Assembly: GCA_000165345.1 (NCBI GenBank)
Contig: CM000429.1
Location: forward strand, 224,001-288,000
Direction: 5' to 3'
DNA length: 64,000 nucleotides
Below the pieces are notes generated by a model. The model was not told the origin of the DNA and made no database searches. It saw nothing but the letters and a program-made list of their open reading frames with translations. This document shows, one piece after another, positions 11,246 to 24,899 of the stretch (positions are counted from its first letter, which is position 1; the number at the start of each line of letters is the position of its first letter). Position numbers and translations under genes: made by a program.

Positions 11246-11303
11246 TGCATGCAATAAATACAAAAATCATTTTAGGCGCCACCCGACGCCACGTGTGCAT
11301 GCA
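11246..11303. promoter_or_regulatory. Promoter motif cluster: GTGCATGCAA (x2), TTTAGGCGCC (E2F-like) and CACGTG (E/G-box), upstream of the actin-related gene
   Basis: Sites are at 11246..11255, 11271..11280, 11290..11295 and 11294..11303. They lie about 330-390 bp upstream of the ATG at 11635. Confidence 0.45.
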
Positions 11304-11634
11304 ATTATCTTGGTAAACTAGATGAGCTGGGTCAAGGGTTGACCTAGAAAAAGAGAGAAAAATTGAAATTCTGAAAATTAAGTAAATTAGAGCGATTTAA
11401 AGAGGAAAATTGGAAGGTTTAAGATAAGTAAAGGAAATTAGGATTCTTAATCCTTTCTTTAGTGTCGATTGTTAATTCAATAATTAAACAGAGGTGCTAA
11501 TTTACTAATTTAGGTAGAGAATAGACAACATAACATAATTCAAGTCCACTTTTTTTTTCAGAAATTCCAAAGAATTAATTAAAAATTAACAGTTTTAATT
11601 AAAACAGAATTGTGTAATCAAATTTTAACTTTAT

Positions 11635-12846
11635 TTGAAAAAAAAAATGTCGTCTTTCTCAGGAGATCAAGCTGCAAATGGAGAACAATGCATAGTAATT
11701 GACTGTGGATCAGCTTATATGAAGGCAGGAACTGACAGTGATAAAAGTCCAACATGCATTTTCCCTTCAATGGTAGGCCAGTATAGATCAAGATATGTTC
11801 CAGAAGATGAGGATAATAACCCTATTTTTGTAGGAGAGGAAGCAATTGCGCAAAGAAAGAAGTTATCTTTAACATTTCCAATTGATCATGGCCATATTGA
11901 TGACTGGACAAAGTTTGAAGAGTTATTAAATTATCTATTTTATAGAGGCTTGGATATTGATCCTATTGATAGCTCAGTAATTATCACAAAACCTCCTTTA
12001 TGTAGTAACAGGCATGAAGAAAAAATTACAGAGTTAATGTTTGAGATGTTTCAGACGCAAAGCTTAAATATAGCTTTACAGGGATTAATGGCATTATATA
12101 GTGCAGGTAGAACAACAGGAGTTGCTTGTGATATTGGAGAAGGAGTTACACAAGTTGTTCCAGTTTATGATGGTTATTGTGATTCCAGCTCTCTCAGAAG
12201 GGCAGATATTGGCGGACAAGAAATTACTATGTATCTACAAAAGCTTTTATCTGACAAGGGTTATATTGCAACAACTAGGGATGACTTAGAACATGTAAGA
12301 ATTATTAAAGAAACTTTATGTTATATTGCAAAAGACCCTGCAGCAGAAAATGAGCGTCCTGAAGAAGAGATTAATGAGGTATATACTTTACCTGACGGAC
12401 TAACACTTCATGATGAACATACAAATAAGATTGAAATTGACAAGGAAAGGTTCTATGCTCCTGAGGTTATTTTTGACCCAAAACTTATAATGAGAGATGT
12501 ACAGCCAGTTCACGAACTGATCATGGAATCCATTATGTCTTCTCCTATGGAAGTTAGGAAAACACTTATGGGTTCTATATTACTTAGTGGAGGTACATCT
12601 CTTACAACAGGTATTGAAGAGAGATTAGAAGAAGAGTTAATGTATATTTGCCCTTCCCAGGCTAAAAGTAATATTAGAGTTACTCCTGCTGACGATCGTA
12701 ACTATGCTATTTGGAAAGGAGCTCAGTTATTTAGTGCTTTAAGAGATTATCAGGAGAATCTTTGGATATCAAGAGATGAGTACTTAGAGGAAGGAGTTAA
12801 TATTTGTATCAAGAAACAGCCTTTCTTCAGTTCTATACCAAAGTAA
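11635..12846 (+). CDS. Actin-related protein (divergent actin-fold protein; subfamily not assignable by eye)
   Basis: Actin-fold phosphate-1 region IVIDCGSAYMKAGTDSDKSPTCIFPSMVG. The length of about 400 aa and further regions (LLSGGTSL, YAIWKGAQL) are conserved with actin. Confidence 0.65.
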   Translation: MKKKMSSFSGDQAANGEQCIVIDCGSAYMKAGTDSDKSPTCIFPSMVGQYRSRYVPEDEDNNPIFVGEEAIAQRKKLSLTFPIDHGHIDDWTKFEELLNYLFYRGLDIDPIDSSVIITKPPLCSNRHEEKITELMFEMFQTQSLNIALQGLMALYSAGRTTGVACDIGEGVTQVVPVYDGYCDSSSLRRADIGGQEITMYLQKLLSDKGYIATTRDDLEHVRIIKETLCYIAKDPAAENERPEEEINEVYTLPDGLTLHDEHTNKIEIDKERFYAPEVIFDPKLIMRDVQPVHELIMESIMSSPMEVRKTLMGSILLSGGTSLTTGIEERLEEELMYICPSQAKSNIRVTPADDRNYAIWKGAQLFSALRDYQENLWISRDEYLEEGVNICIKKQPFFSSIPK

Positions 12847-13057
12847 TTCATTGACAAGTACAATGTAAAGCAATATTACAGATTGTTGGGTTTGAAAGCC
12901 GTTTAATAGTTTCTGGCCCTAAAGTAAAAACACATATTTTACGCGGTTAGCTATCATAATCTCATTATACCCTCATCAAAATTACTTCATTTCTCTCTTC
13001 AACAATCTGTGATTTCAATGTTATTGCTTGTAAGTAATAAAGTAATTTATGTGTAAT

Positions 13058-13096
13058 ATTCCCGCCAAAACGGTTTAATTAGTTAATTGCATGCAT
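13058..13096. promoter_or_regulatory. E2F-like ATTCCCGCCAAAA (reverse orientation) plus TTGCATGCAT, upstream of ANP32
   Basis: Motifs at 13058..13070 and 13087..13096, about 620 bp upstream of the ATG at 13710. Confidence 0.4.
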
Positions 13097-13709
13097 ATAT
13101 GCAGAGCACAAAATTCTTTGAAAATATATACATATATGTATTAATATAGCGGCAGAGTATATATTTACAACTGGCAATTATTCAATATTTTCGTGATTAG
13201 ACACTAATATTGATAAGAAGTATTTAACTTGACAAATCGTGTCGGTATTGCGGCGATTCAGGGGGTCCTTCCTCGCTTTTCATTACAATCTATGTATAAT
13301 CCTTTCTCTTTCTATATAGTTGCTCTTTACACCAATTCCTTTCTTTTGCACTAATAGGCTAATACTATCTAGTAATAGGAGAGATACAAAGGATGGATAG
13401 GGAAATAATGAAATAAGAAGAATAATTAACAACCATATTTGGAGATATTTCAAACATACAGTAACTGCTTTCATTGATAATTGCTTAACCTAATTTCTAG
13501 ACCTTGGATACAAATAAGAATATTACCTACATTTTTTTTAAAAGTAAGGCGGCAGTGTGTGGGGAGTTGCCGCCCAAATTTTACTAGTTGGTAATATAAA
13601 TAAATTATATTACCAGAATATAGTAAAAGTATATGTAAATGTAGAATTAGTTGCGCGCCAACCCCCATAAGCTACATCCTAAATGGTGGGGCCAAGCTGG
13701 TAGAAGAAA

Positions 13710-14609
13710 ATGGAAGCTTCAATAAGGAATCGTCTTAGAAAGCAGGATTTGGTTTTACCAGACGAAGAAGTTCCAAATAGTCAGGACAGTAATATAAATA
13801 GCATAGATTACTCAGAGGTCAAAGAGTTGGTTTTAGACGGAGTAAAACTTAGAGAGCTAACACAGCAAGATAGTGAATTTCTTGGTAGATTTTCAGAGTT
13901 GCAATATTTAAGTTTGAACGCAACAGGTCTTCAAAGATTAGATAACTTTCCTTTACTAGAGAACTTGAAAGTTTTAGAGATTCAGGACAACCATATTTCT
14001 GGTGGGCTTGATATTTTACAGAATTATAAGAATCTTCGTTGTTTATTATTAGGAGGGAATAAGATTAAAGATTTTTCAGAACTAATAGTATTGAAGGAGC
14101 TTCCTAAGTTAGAGACACTTTCATTATTACTTAATCCAATAGCTGAGAAGAATTCAGAATCTTATAGATCAATCGTTTTTGAGACCTTACCAAACTTACA
14201 GATTTTAGACGAAATGAATAAAGAAGGAAAGGAAGTCGAAGATTACGGTTATGATGATGAGGAGGTTGAAATAATAGATGATGATACTGAGGGAGGTGAT
14301 GAGGAAGAAACTAGTGTTCATGCTGACAGTCATGGGTTGCCTGATGACGATGACGATGATGACTTTGACGATGACGATGACGAGGATGCAGGCCAAGTGG
14401 ATCTCAAGCAGTTCTATGAAAATGATCTCGAAGATGATGATGATGAGGATGAATTTGAGCCAGGAGATGTAGATATCGATGAAGCTGAAGATTTTGAGGA
14501 GGAGGAAGAGGAGGATGACGAGGAAGATGAGGAAGATGAGATTCAGGCCAGTAGCTCCAAGAAGCAAAGAATTGAACAGGATGACGATGATGACGATGAG
14601 GATGAGTAA
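13710..14609 (+). CDS. ANP32: Acidic leucine-rich nuclear phosphoprotein 32 (ANP32) homolog: LRR domain plus a long Asp/Glu tail
   Basis: The LRR/LRRcap region aligns well with ANP32 (ELVLDGVKL..., LKVLEIQDNHISGGLDIL, LGGNKIKDFSEL, LQILDEMNKEG). The C-terminal 130 aa are almost pure D/E, encoded by GAT/GAC/GAA/GAG repeats. Confidence 0.8.
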   Translation: MEASIRNRLRKQDLVLPDEEVPNSQDSNINSIDYSEVKELVLDGVKLRELTQQDSEFLGRFSELQYLSLNATGLQRLDNFPLLENLKVLEIQDNHISGGLDILQNYKNLRCLLLGGNKIKDFSELIVLKELPKLETLSLLLNPIAEKNSESYRSIVFETLPNLQILDEMNKEGKEVEDYGYDDEEVEIIDDDTEGGDEEETSVHADSHGLPDDDDDDDFDDDDDEDAGQVDLKQFYENDLEDDDDEDEFEPGDVDIDEAEDFEEEEEEDDEEDEEDEIQASSSKKQRIEQDDDDDDEDE

Positions 14610-14861
14610 CCGCCATCTCAGTAGTTTGAATTGAAATAGTTGAGAAATTAAGAAACTATAAGTACTATTTTGAAGTTTCTATTATATTCATAAAGTTAGT
14701 CAAATTTGAAAACGAATTATTTTTTCTTTTGTTTTTCTAAATCTCACAAAATCTATAGTTTAGTAAAGGAAATAATCCTTATTGATTATTTGGTTTTTTG
14801 ACTTTAATGTAATTGTCAGCGTAGAAAACTTATGCAAGTATTCATTCAAAGACTTCCTGAG

Positions 14862-15401
14862 TTACCAGAAGAAAATTAATGGTTTCAGTGAAATAGCCTC
14901 GAGTTTTGTTCTCTCTTTGTCAATCCACATCCAACAAAGAGTTCCCAAAACTAATTTGAGAATAAAGTTTATACTAGATCCCCAAATAATATATTGGTGT
15001 AGTTTGTATTCCCAATTCATCTGAAAGTCTTCAACAAAACAGACATCAGGGTTTTGGTTATTTGGACACAGCCATGCAGATACTGCAAAAGAGAGCCAAA
15101 TTGCCTCAATGGCTGTTGCAAGTATGATTAACATTAGAAATCTTCTTATACCTGTGATCTTCCTAATTAATCCATTTACATCCAGAGGAGGCATTTCCAC
15201 ACAAAATACTCCATATCCCAATAAATATAACGTAAAGTTATAGTCTGTTCTTCCAATACATAGAAAGAGCGAAATTACAAGCTGGGAATATATAACTAAT
15301 TCAATGATATACTCCAAATTTGAGGGACAGGACTCTTTTGATGTTGGGGAGTCTGAACCCAAATCTATATAGCTCATTGAAATGCTTCTGTCATTATCCA
15401 T
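14862..15401 (-). CDS. Hypothetical small multi-pass membrane protein
   Basis: 179-aa ORF with 3-4 hydrophobic helices. No family recognised. The start codon is uncertain. Confidence 0.4.
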   Translation of the reverse strand: MDNDRSISMSYIDLGSDSPTSKESCPSNLEYIIELVIYSQLVISLFLCIGRTDYNFTLYLLGYGVFCVEMPPLDVNGLIRKITGIRRFLMLIILATAIEAIWLSFAVSAWLCPNNQNPDVCFVEDFQMNWEYKLHQYIIWGSSINFILKLVLGTLCWMWIDKERTKLEAISLKPLIFFW

Positions 15402-15594
15402 TTCTTTACCTCTTTTCCTTCATTAATTCCGTATGCATTTAAATATGCCAGATTTATTAATTTCGTGAGTTTTTAAAACTTGGTTTGTTCTTTGCCGCTG
15501 TGTGGAAAATCCAGCTATTCTTACCCCCACTACAATTAAATTGTCTGGCTCAAAAATTGTGTTAGCAATAAAAACATATCAATTTTGTTTGATT

Positions 15595-15673
<79 letters not shown>

Positions 15674-15826
15674 TCTTAATAAAGTTTAACTTTTAACTTC
15701 CCTATTTCAGATTTTACCTGCTCATGCACTGTATTTACTTTTTATTGAAAAAAAAACACATCCTTTTCTCCCAAATCAAAATTCAAACATTTAATTAACC
15801 CAAAAAGTATTATCATTTTTGTCTAT

Positions 15827-15957
15827 TTGCATGCAATTTTATTATTGTTTATTTTGACACGTAATGCAAATAATAAAATAAATTTGTATTACGTGTCAAT
15901 CATAATATTGCATGCAATCTAATTACGTGGCAAAATTGACAGTGGAATTGCATGCAG
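15827..15957. promoter_or_regulatory. Three TTGCATGCAA/G sites (AP2-like) in a divergent promoter region
   Basis: Sites at 15827..15837, 15909..15918 and 15948..15957. Each is a self-palindromic TGCATGCA core. Confidence 0.45.
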
Positions 15958-16435
15958 ACGGCAGTTTAACACAACCGTTCGATTTAAATCTAATTAAATG
16001 AAAAAATTATTATAATTATTTTTTTCGCAAAAATAAACAGCAATTTCGAGTATTAAAGATAAAAGCTAGGTTCTAAAGTTATTAATTGATTATTGGAAGT
16101 AGTTAAGCAAGTGTTTTTACTCAAGTTTGAAAACAACATAGTTAATAAAGCTTCAGAATTTACTCAGAAAGTAAAATGGCAAAAAAAAGATATAAATTAT
16201 AATGGGTATAAAGTTAGTGTGCGCTTTGAAAAAAAAATGTGATTTTACATTTAAAAAGTTCACCCGAGGTAGTTTTTTTTTTCTCCAAATTGCTATGGGT
16301 GCAAAATTTTTAAGATTTTAGCTAAATAATTACACACTTCAAAAGAAAGCTAATTTTAAGCCAAACAAAGTTTATTACAATATATCACAAGGAAAATAAG
16401 TATTAATAGGGAAAAAAGTTCGTTATATGTAGATT

Positions 16436-17893
16436 TTGCCAGAAAAAATGGCATCTATCAAAATATTTAAAAGTTTACCATTCAACTTCTTGCTACTGTT
16501 TACATTACTGGTTTTTAGTATTGGAGTGGTATCGGTAAAATCCAATGATAACTCTGAAAAGCTTCCAGTTTTTGCATTAGTAGACATTTTTCATGTACCA
16601 CCAGAGTCCAGACAAAAATGTTCAACTATTTTAGGATGGCTTGCAACCAAATACCCAAACAATTATGTCCTAATGAGTGTTAGAAACATTATTTATCAAC
16701 TTGCACTTCCTCATAGTATGCTACAGGAAAATGCGGAAAAGGAGTTAATTGCAGCAATGGATAGTCTTCAAGGAACAATGTCGAATGTTTCTGGACTTGA
16801 ACCGGGTACTTATATAAGTATATTAACTTGTTCTGTGGATAATAAAGGAAGAACAATCCTTCAAAAAATGGTTGAGCATGGTCTAGTACAGGCTCTTTCT
16901 CACACTTTATCTCAAAAATTCTGGGTTGGAGCAAAACTGAACAAGTTATTAGATACAGAAGGAAATAATTTAGCACACTTGGCAGCAATGTCAGAAAATG
17001 ATGAACTGGTACATTATGTTCTTGGAATTATGTTTAAGTCAAATATTGTTGCTGAAATGTTGGAATCTCTTAATTCAAATGGTCAAAAGCCTATTGATAT
17101 TGCAATATTTCACAGAGACCAGCAAACTGTTGATACTATGAAGAATTTCTTCCGAGTAACTACTTTAGCAGAGAGGGAAGGATTTGTAGATGGTGTTGAG
17201 GTTATCGAGGATTCTGTAGCTTTAGCTGAGAAGGAAGCTGAGAATAAAAGGTTTAAAGAGTTTATTGAGAAAGAGGAAGATGCAGCAAGTAAAATCACTA
17301 ACGCTGAAATTACTAGGGATATTGAATATGCAAAACAAGATAATTATAAAGAAAGTATTAATGATGATATTTCAGACTCTCAAAGTCAGTCATTTGAGTC
17401 ATCTGCTGCTGAAGATTCGATGAATTCTAGCCAATTAACTCAAAGTCTTGAGGACGAGTTTAGTATTAAGCCTAGACTCAAAGATCAAGATATTCTACAA
17501 AACGAAAATAATCAGCAAGAACAAACATTCTCTGATGAAAACATTTATGATGAACAAATGGAAGATAGTATTATTAATGGAAATCAAAGATTTTCAGCGA
17601 TTAATAAGATAGAAAATACAGAGAAGGGAGATGAGCCTAGAGAAACTGAATTAAATTTCTCATCTCTAAGAGGAGCCGTTGAAAACAATATGGATCAAGA
17701 AACTCAACATCATCATTATCAAGATGACCAAGAAGAGATTAAACAAGTTAATAAAGAACCTCAAAGTAAATGGAATGCAACAGCTAAGGCTATTGTTGGT
17801 GCTTCTATTCTTGTAGGTACCTCTATACTTGCTGCAACCGTTGTGTTTATTGTCTGTAAAGGATATGGAAATAAGGAAGAAAATAGTTTTTAA
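16436..17893 (+). CDS. Hypothetical type I membrane protein: signal peptide, ankyrin-like segment, acidic Ser/Gln-rich region, C-terminal TM anchor
   Basis: The N-terminus FNFLLLFTLLVFSIGVVSV is hydrophobic. GNNLAHLAAMSENDELVHYVL is ankyrin-like. The C-terminal helix is AIVGASILVGTSILAATVVFIV, followed by a 12-aa tail. Confidence 0.55.
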   Translation: MPEKMASIKIFKSLPFNFLLLFTLLVFSIGVVSVKSNDNSEKLPVFALVDIFHVPPESRQKCSTILGWLATKYPNNYVLMSVRNIIYQLALPHSMLQENAEKELIAAMDSLQGTMSNVSGLEPGTYISILTCSVDNKGRTILQKMVEHGLVQALSHTLSQKFWVGAKLNKLLDTEGNNLAHLAAMSENDELVHYVLGIMFKSNIVAEMLESLNSNGQKPIDIAIFHRDQQTVDTMKNFFRVTTLAEREGFVDGVEVIEDSVALAEKEAENKRFKEFIEKEEDAASKITNAEITRDIEYAKQDNYKESINDDISDSQSQSFESSAAEDSMNSSQLTQSLEDEFSIKPRLKDQDILQNENNQQEQTFSDENIYDEQMEDSIINGNQRFSAINKIENTEKGDEPRETELNFSSLRGAVENNMDQETQHHHYQDDQEEIKQVNKEPQSKWNATAKAIVGASILVGTSILAATVVFIVCKGYGNKEENSF

Positions 17894-17925
17894 TTCACAT
17901 AGCTTGTTTTAATCCCAAATCTACC

Positions 17926-17944
17926 TGCATGCATGCATGCATGC
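17926..17944. repeat. (GCAT)n tandem array TGCATGCATGCATGCATGC in a convergent 3' intergenic region
   Basis: Direct read. It is 33 bp after the stop at 17893, between two convergent gene ends. Confidence 0.85.
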
Positions 17945-18136
17945 GGTACAAAGTAGTAATAATACTAGTTATTTAAGTTTACATTTAAAATTTTTGTAAA
18001 AAGTACAATAAGAAATAGTTTTGGTTTTTATTAACAAAACATTAAGCTAATATTAACATAAAAGAGTACTATTGGAAATGGTGGTAATAAGCAGAACTTC
18101 CATCTTTTCTCCAATTGAACAATTAGCACAAAGATC

Positions 18137-19594
18137 TCACACTGGAGGGTTAAGCAAACTTCTCCTCCAAGAGACAAAAATATCGGGATAAATGTTGTAG
18201 GTTCGCGCCCAAGCAACATTCTTATTGCTCTCGTAATCTCTTTTTCCTTCCTCATATTCTGTTTCTACTTCGTATTCCGTGGTTATTTCTTCTTCACTTT
18301 CTAAGGTACTTGAGACAGAAGTGTCAATATTAGCACAAATAGTTGTAGTATTGCATGAAGGAGCAGTAGTTGAGGCACTTGTATAGCTAATAGCATAAGA
18401 GTAATAATTTGGGTCTATATTAGCTTGGGAGTGAACTTCAAGCTTGCTTGTAATGCTGCTTCCACTGTTGCTATTGGAGCTGTTACCACTGTTATTGTAA
18501 TCTTTGATTGGCTTAAAAGGCTTAAACCCATCGTTTTTATTAGAGCCAGTTAAGTTCAAATTCTCAAGTTCTAGAGTTTTATTACAAGAATCCAAGCAAA
18601 ATTGTTCCACCCTTTCAGGCTTGAAGAACTTGTCATAAGAATCTAAGCCGTTTATAAGCTCTAAATAATGCCCAAAAAGAAACTGAGTTACTTTTGGTTT
18701 GACGGAAAAATCTATTTTATTTCCATATATGATGTACGAAGGAACTCCTTTAGGGAAAAAAGATTGAATTACTTGAAAAGCTTCCCCTTGTCTCTCCTCA
18801 GCATCACAGAGAGACATAAGTGGGAATTGTTTGGCCTCAAGAGATAAAACAATGTAAGGTTTCATCTTTGTCCAATCTAAAGAAATATGACAAAATGGAC
18901 ACTCAGCCCTACATTTATCCCAAATATCATTTTTTGCTGCCCAATATTCTACATGTAAAGCCTTTCTTAGACAATGGTAGCAACTTACGTGTTTGCATAC
19001 CTTAAATCTGGCCTTTGTACTTCTTGGTTTAAACTGATTACAAGAAAAGCAGAAAAAATGTCTTGGCCTCTTATTACCACTATTACAATTATTATTATTA
19101 TTATTGTTATTAATAGCACTAATATTTCCATTAATACTTTTAGTAAATCCATTTCCAGCTAACTCACACTCTTCTTCTATGTTACTAACAATATTTCCGT
19201 CATAGTGATTCTCTCCAAAGTAAGTGAATTTATTGGAAGTATTAATTGGATTCTGCTCAAATTCAGATTTTTTGTTTTGAATCATACCATAATTGTTATT
19301 GATCCATTCTGGTATTAGTGAATAAACTGTAGCAGTAATATTACCACCAATATTATTGATATGAAGCTCATCAACCTCAAATCTATCTGCAACAGAATCT
19401 TGAGCATTATTGGTATTTATATCGCTTTTTGCAGCTTTATAATTAAATGAATGAACTGAATTATATTGTTTCAAATTATTATTTGTGGTAAAGCTTTGCG
19501 AAAATTGTGTACCCTTTGAGTTATTTAATGCCGAAGATAATCCATTTCTTGGGTACGAAGGATATTTCGGTTTTTTTGGAATATAATAATTCAT
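18137..19594 (-). CDS. RING-finger (C3HC4-type) protein with Asn-rich low complexity. It is a paralog of the gene at 21793..24294.
   Basis: CFSCNQFKPRSTKARFKVCKHVSCYHCLRKAL...CPFCHISLDWTKMKPYIVL fits C-x2-C-x11-C-x-H-x2-C-x2-C-xn-C-x2-C. It shares clear similarity with the neighbouring gene on the opposite strand. Confidence 0.6.
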   Translation of the reverse strand: MNYYIPKKPKYPSYPRNGLSSALNNSKGTQFSQSFTTNNNLKQYNSVHSFNYKAAKSDINTNNAQDSVADRFEVDELHINNIGGNITATVYSLIPEWINNNYGMIQNKKSEFEQNPINTSNKFTYFGENHYDGNIVSNIEEECELAGNGFTKSINGNISAINNNNNNNNCNSGNKRPRHFFCFSCNQFKPRSTKARFKVCKHVSCYHCLRKALHVEYWAAKNDIWDKCRAECPFCHISLDWTKMKPYIVLSLEAKQFPLMSLCDAEERQGEAFQVIQSFFPKGVPSYIIYGNKIDFSVKPKVTQFLFGHYLELINGLDSYDKFFKPERVEQFCLDSCNKTLELENLNLTGSNKNDGFKPFKPIKDYNNSGNSSNSNSGSSITSKLEVHSQANIDPNYYSYAISYTSASTTAPSCNTTTICANIDTSVSSTLESEEEITTEYEVETEYEEGKRDYESNKNVAWARTYNIYPDIFVSWRRSLLNPPV

Positions 19595-20241
19595 TTGACC
19601 TTCTATTTGACCTGAATTCTATAATATATAAATATATATTTACATTTATACCAATGTTAATTTTCATGCAAATAACACATATATAAATGAAATCTTTCCT
19701 TATTTACCTGCTTTAGCTTTATTTTCTGAGTTAAATATTCTTTCTCTTCAAATTACTAGTTTCATTAAAAAATTATTAACCTGCGAAACTTCAATTCAAT
19801 ATATACCTTTCAAAATGATGATTAAAAATCTAATACAATTTCTTCATAACATTAAAAATTTTGTATTAAATCATTTCCAGATAGATTACATTTATTTATT
19901 GATTTTCTTCCAACTTATTAAATCCAATAATAAAAACCTTTGATAGCTAGGAAATATTTATATCCTTCAAGTAATACCTAGTTGATCAATTTAAATTCCT
20001 GGCCTTATTCCAATAAAATCAGCCTTAATAGTCTCTGAAAAATTTAGAGGTTTTTAAGAGTTAACTAGCATTCAGTTATTATTGATAATATTCTTTTTAT
20101 TGTTAAATTAATAGGAAAGCCTTTTTTGTAATGGTTAAAAGATCTACCACACAGATATCCTATACACCGCCAAGTTTCATGTTTTTTTAATCTTGTCTTA
20201 TCTTTAGATAGATAACTGATTTTATTTACTTCATGCTTTCA

Positions 20242-20256
20242 GATTTGGCGCCCAAA
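20242..20256. promoter_or_regulatory. Near-palindromic E2F-like site ATTTGGCGCCCAAAT inside the 2.2-kb gene-free gap
   Basis: Direct read. The adjacent sequence TCGGGATTTCCCC (20279..20292) resembles CGGGATTTCCCGCC at 48311..48324. Confidence 0.35.
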
Positions 20257-21792
20257 TCTTTATTATTTGTAATTATCCTCGGGATTTCCCCACATTAAGT
20301 ATCTTAATGATCTTGGCAGATGTTTTACCAGCTTAAATTAATTTCTTAAAAGTATAAATATTAAAGTAGCTTTAAACTTCATTTCATACGAGAAGCAAAA
20401 TATGACCAGCTGAATGCTCAATCTTAATAATATTTTTCTTTCTGAATAACTTACTTAGAGTATTTATTTTTTTTATATTTCTTTTTAAAAAAAACATGGA
20501 GGAAGGTTTTGTTTCTGATTTATCAATTGAAATACTATGTTGAAAATAATTTTATAATAATTAGAAAAAAATTTATAATTTATCCACATGAAAACGTTGA
20601 AATTTTTTCATCGCATGTAAAATTTTGTCCTCACTTGCAATGCCGGTATAGAATATTGCGTGCACACAAATTTTTAAATAAAATGAATAATAGACACGTG
20701 TACTAATAATAAATATCAATAAATTTATTGTAAATGTTAATTTTTATTAATAAAGTTTAGAATTCTTATTTATTTTTTTTTTAATAATATTTTATTGATG
20801 TAATGTGAATAATTGAAAACTATTATTTTTTTTCCGATAAAAAAATCCTGGTTTATTATAGAGAATATTATGATATATAATTTTCAATTATAAAATATAA
20901 AAAAGGATTGAATCAAATTTTTATTAATATTGTATTATTGCTCATTTTAGACGTGTTATTTCGATGAAATAAAATGGGGGATAGGCGTGGCAAGGCTCAA
21001 GAAAATGACTAGATAATAAGCATTAAATCTAATTTTATTAGAAATACTTTGTTTTTAAATACAACTTTAAATTAAATTCTTACCAAAACTCAAAAATTAT
21101 AGAACATTATTACTTCAATCTCAATTATTGTCATAAAATTAAAAAAAAAAAAAAAGAAAAAATAATAAATTGTCAGATTGCATGCAACTTCATTTTAATG
21201 TGGATAAATGCACACGCACTGCATGCATTTTGCAGATAATATTTTCGATAGCTAAGAATTAGATGAAATAAAAACAATTAAATAGATTTAAGAAATTAAA
21301 ATTTGATTAAAAAAATTAAAATTAACCATGGATAAAATATTTTTTTTAATTAATTTAACAAGTAATATACTTTTTTCAGAGGCTGTATAAGGTATATTTT
21401 TTGCATTAATTATGTACTTGTCTTCATACACACACGCTTTGTCTTCAGTTATTGACTGAAGATGCCCTTAATTGAGCATACTGCATTATCTGGTTATGAT
21501 GTTCGTTATACAGTAATTAGAGGTCGAAACAATAATTGTGAAAATAGAGGAATATACAAGATATCTAAAAGTAAAGATCGGAATTAAAGCATTGCAAAAG
21601 TATTAGATCAACGGTGAATGTGAATGGAGCTTTGAAAAATAAAAAGGAAGTAATTCAGCTCAATTTAAGTGATAAAAACGCGTCCTGTTGGGGTTAGTCA
21701 AAGTGATAACAATAGTAAAATATTTTGAAACATTCTAATAAAGAAAAAAAGGTTGAATACATTTTTTTAAATCTAAAAAATATTATAATAGA

Positions 21793-24294
<2,502 letters not shown>

Positions 24295-24848
24295 TAAATG
24301 ATATAAAAGATAATATAATTACTTTATTATTACAAAAGATTCAAAGGTAATGAAAATAATGTCATTAAATAAAGCATATTTATAGGATTAGTAATAGTTG
24401 TACTATGGTAAAGTAATCATATTATAATTTATTATTTTATGAGTAAATAAAGCATATGATGATTTTGGTAAGTGAGTGTGTATAATATCATAGAAGAATA
24501 TTTTGAAGAAAATCAGTTTTATTGTAAAAGATATAAATGAATATTGTCATTATTATTAATATAATAAAAACAAATAATTATATTATTACCAAATAACCAT
24601 ACAAATGAACTTATTTCTTTCCTATTTAACATTAATTTATTTATTTATTCAAAAACAAAAGGAAAAGAAAAAATAAATAATAAACAAATTTATTTAATAA
24701 ATTCCCTTATAATATACCTTTTCTCTATTTGGCAAGAAAAAAAGTGAGTTGAAATAATTATATTTTAATAATTTAAAGTTTGAAAGCAATCCCATATTCA
24801 AATATACGTGGTGCCGGTATATAAAAATTGACTAGGATGACATTTTTA

Positions 24849-24899
24849 TTTGGCGCATGTTAGTGCATGCACTTACACATGCACTGTTTTGGCGGGAAA
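24849..24899. promoter_or_regulatory. Promoter-type cluster: TTTGGCGC (24849..24856), GTGCATGCAC (24863..24872), TTTTGGCGGGAAA (24887..24899). It lies in a convergent 3' region.
   Basis: Direct read. The cluster is located between the stop of the + gene (24294) and the stop of the - gene (25453), so no annotated gene lies downstream. Confidence 0.4.

Noticed and set aside
20509-20706. ORF 20509..20706 in the 2.2-kb gap
   Set aside because: 65 aa, AT-rich codons, no motif. It is more consistent with a chance ORF. The gap is flagged instead as a possible non-coding locus.
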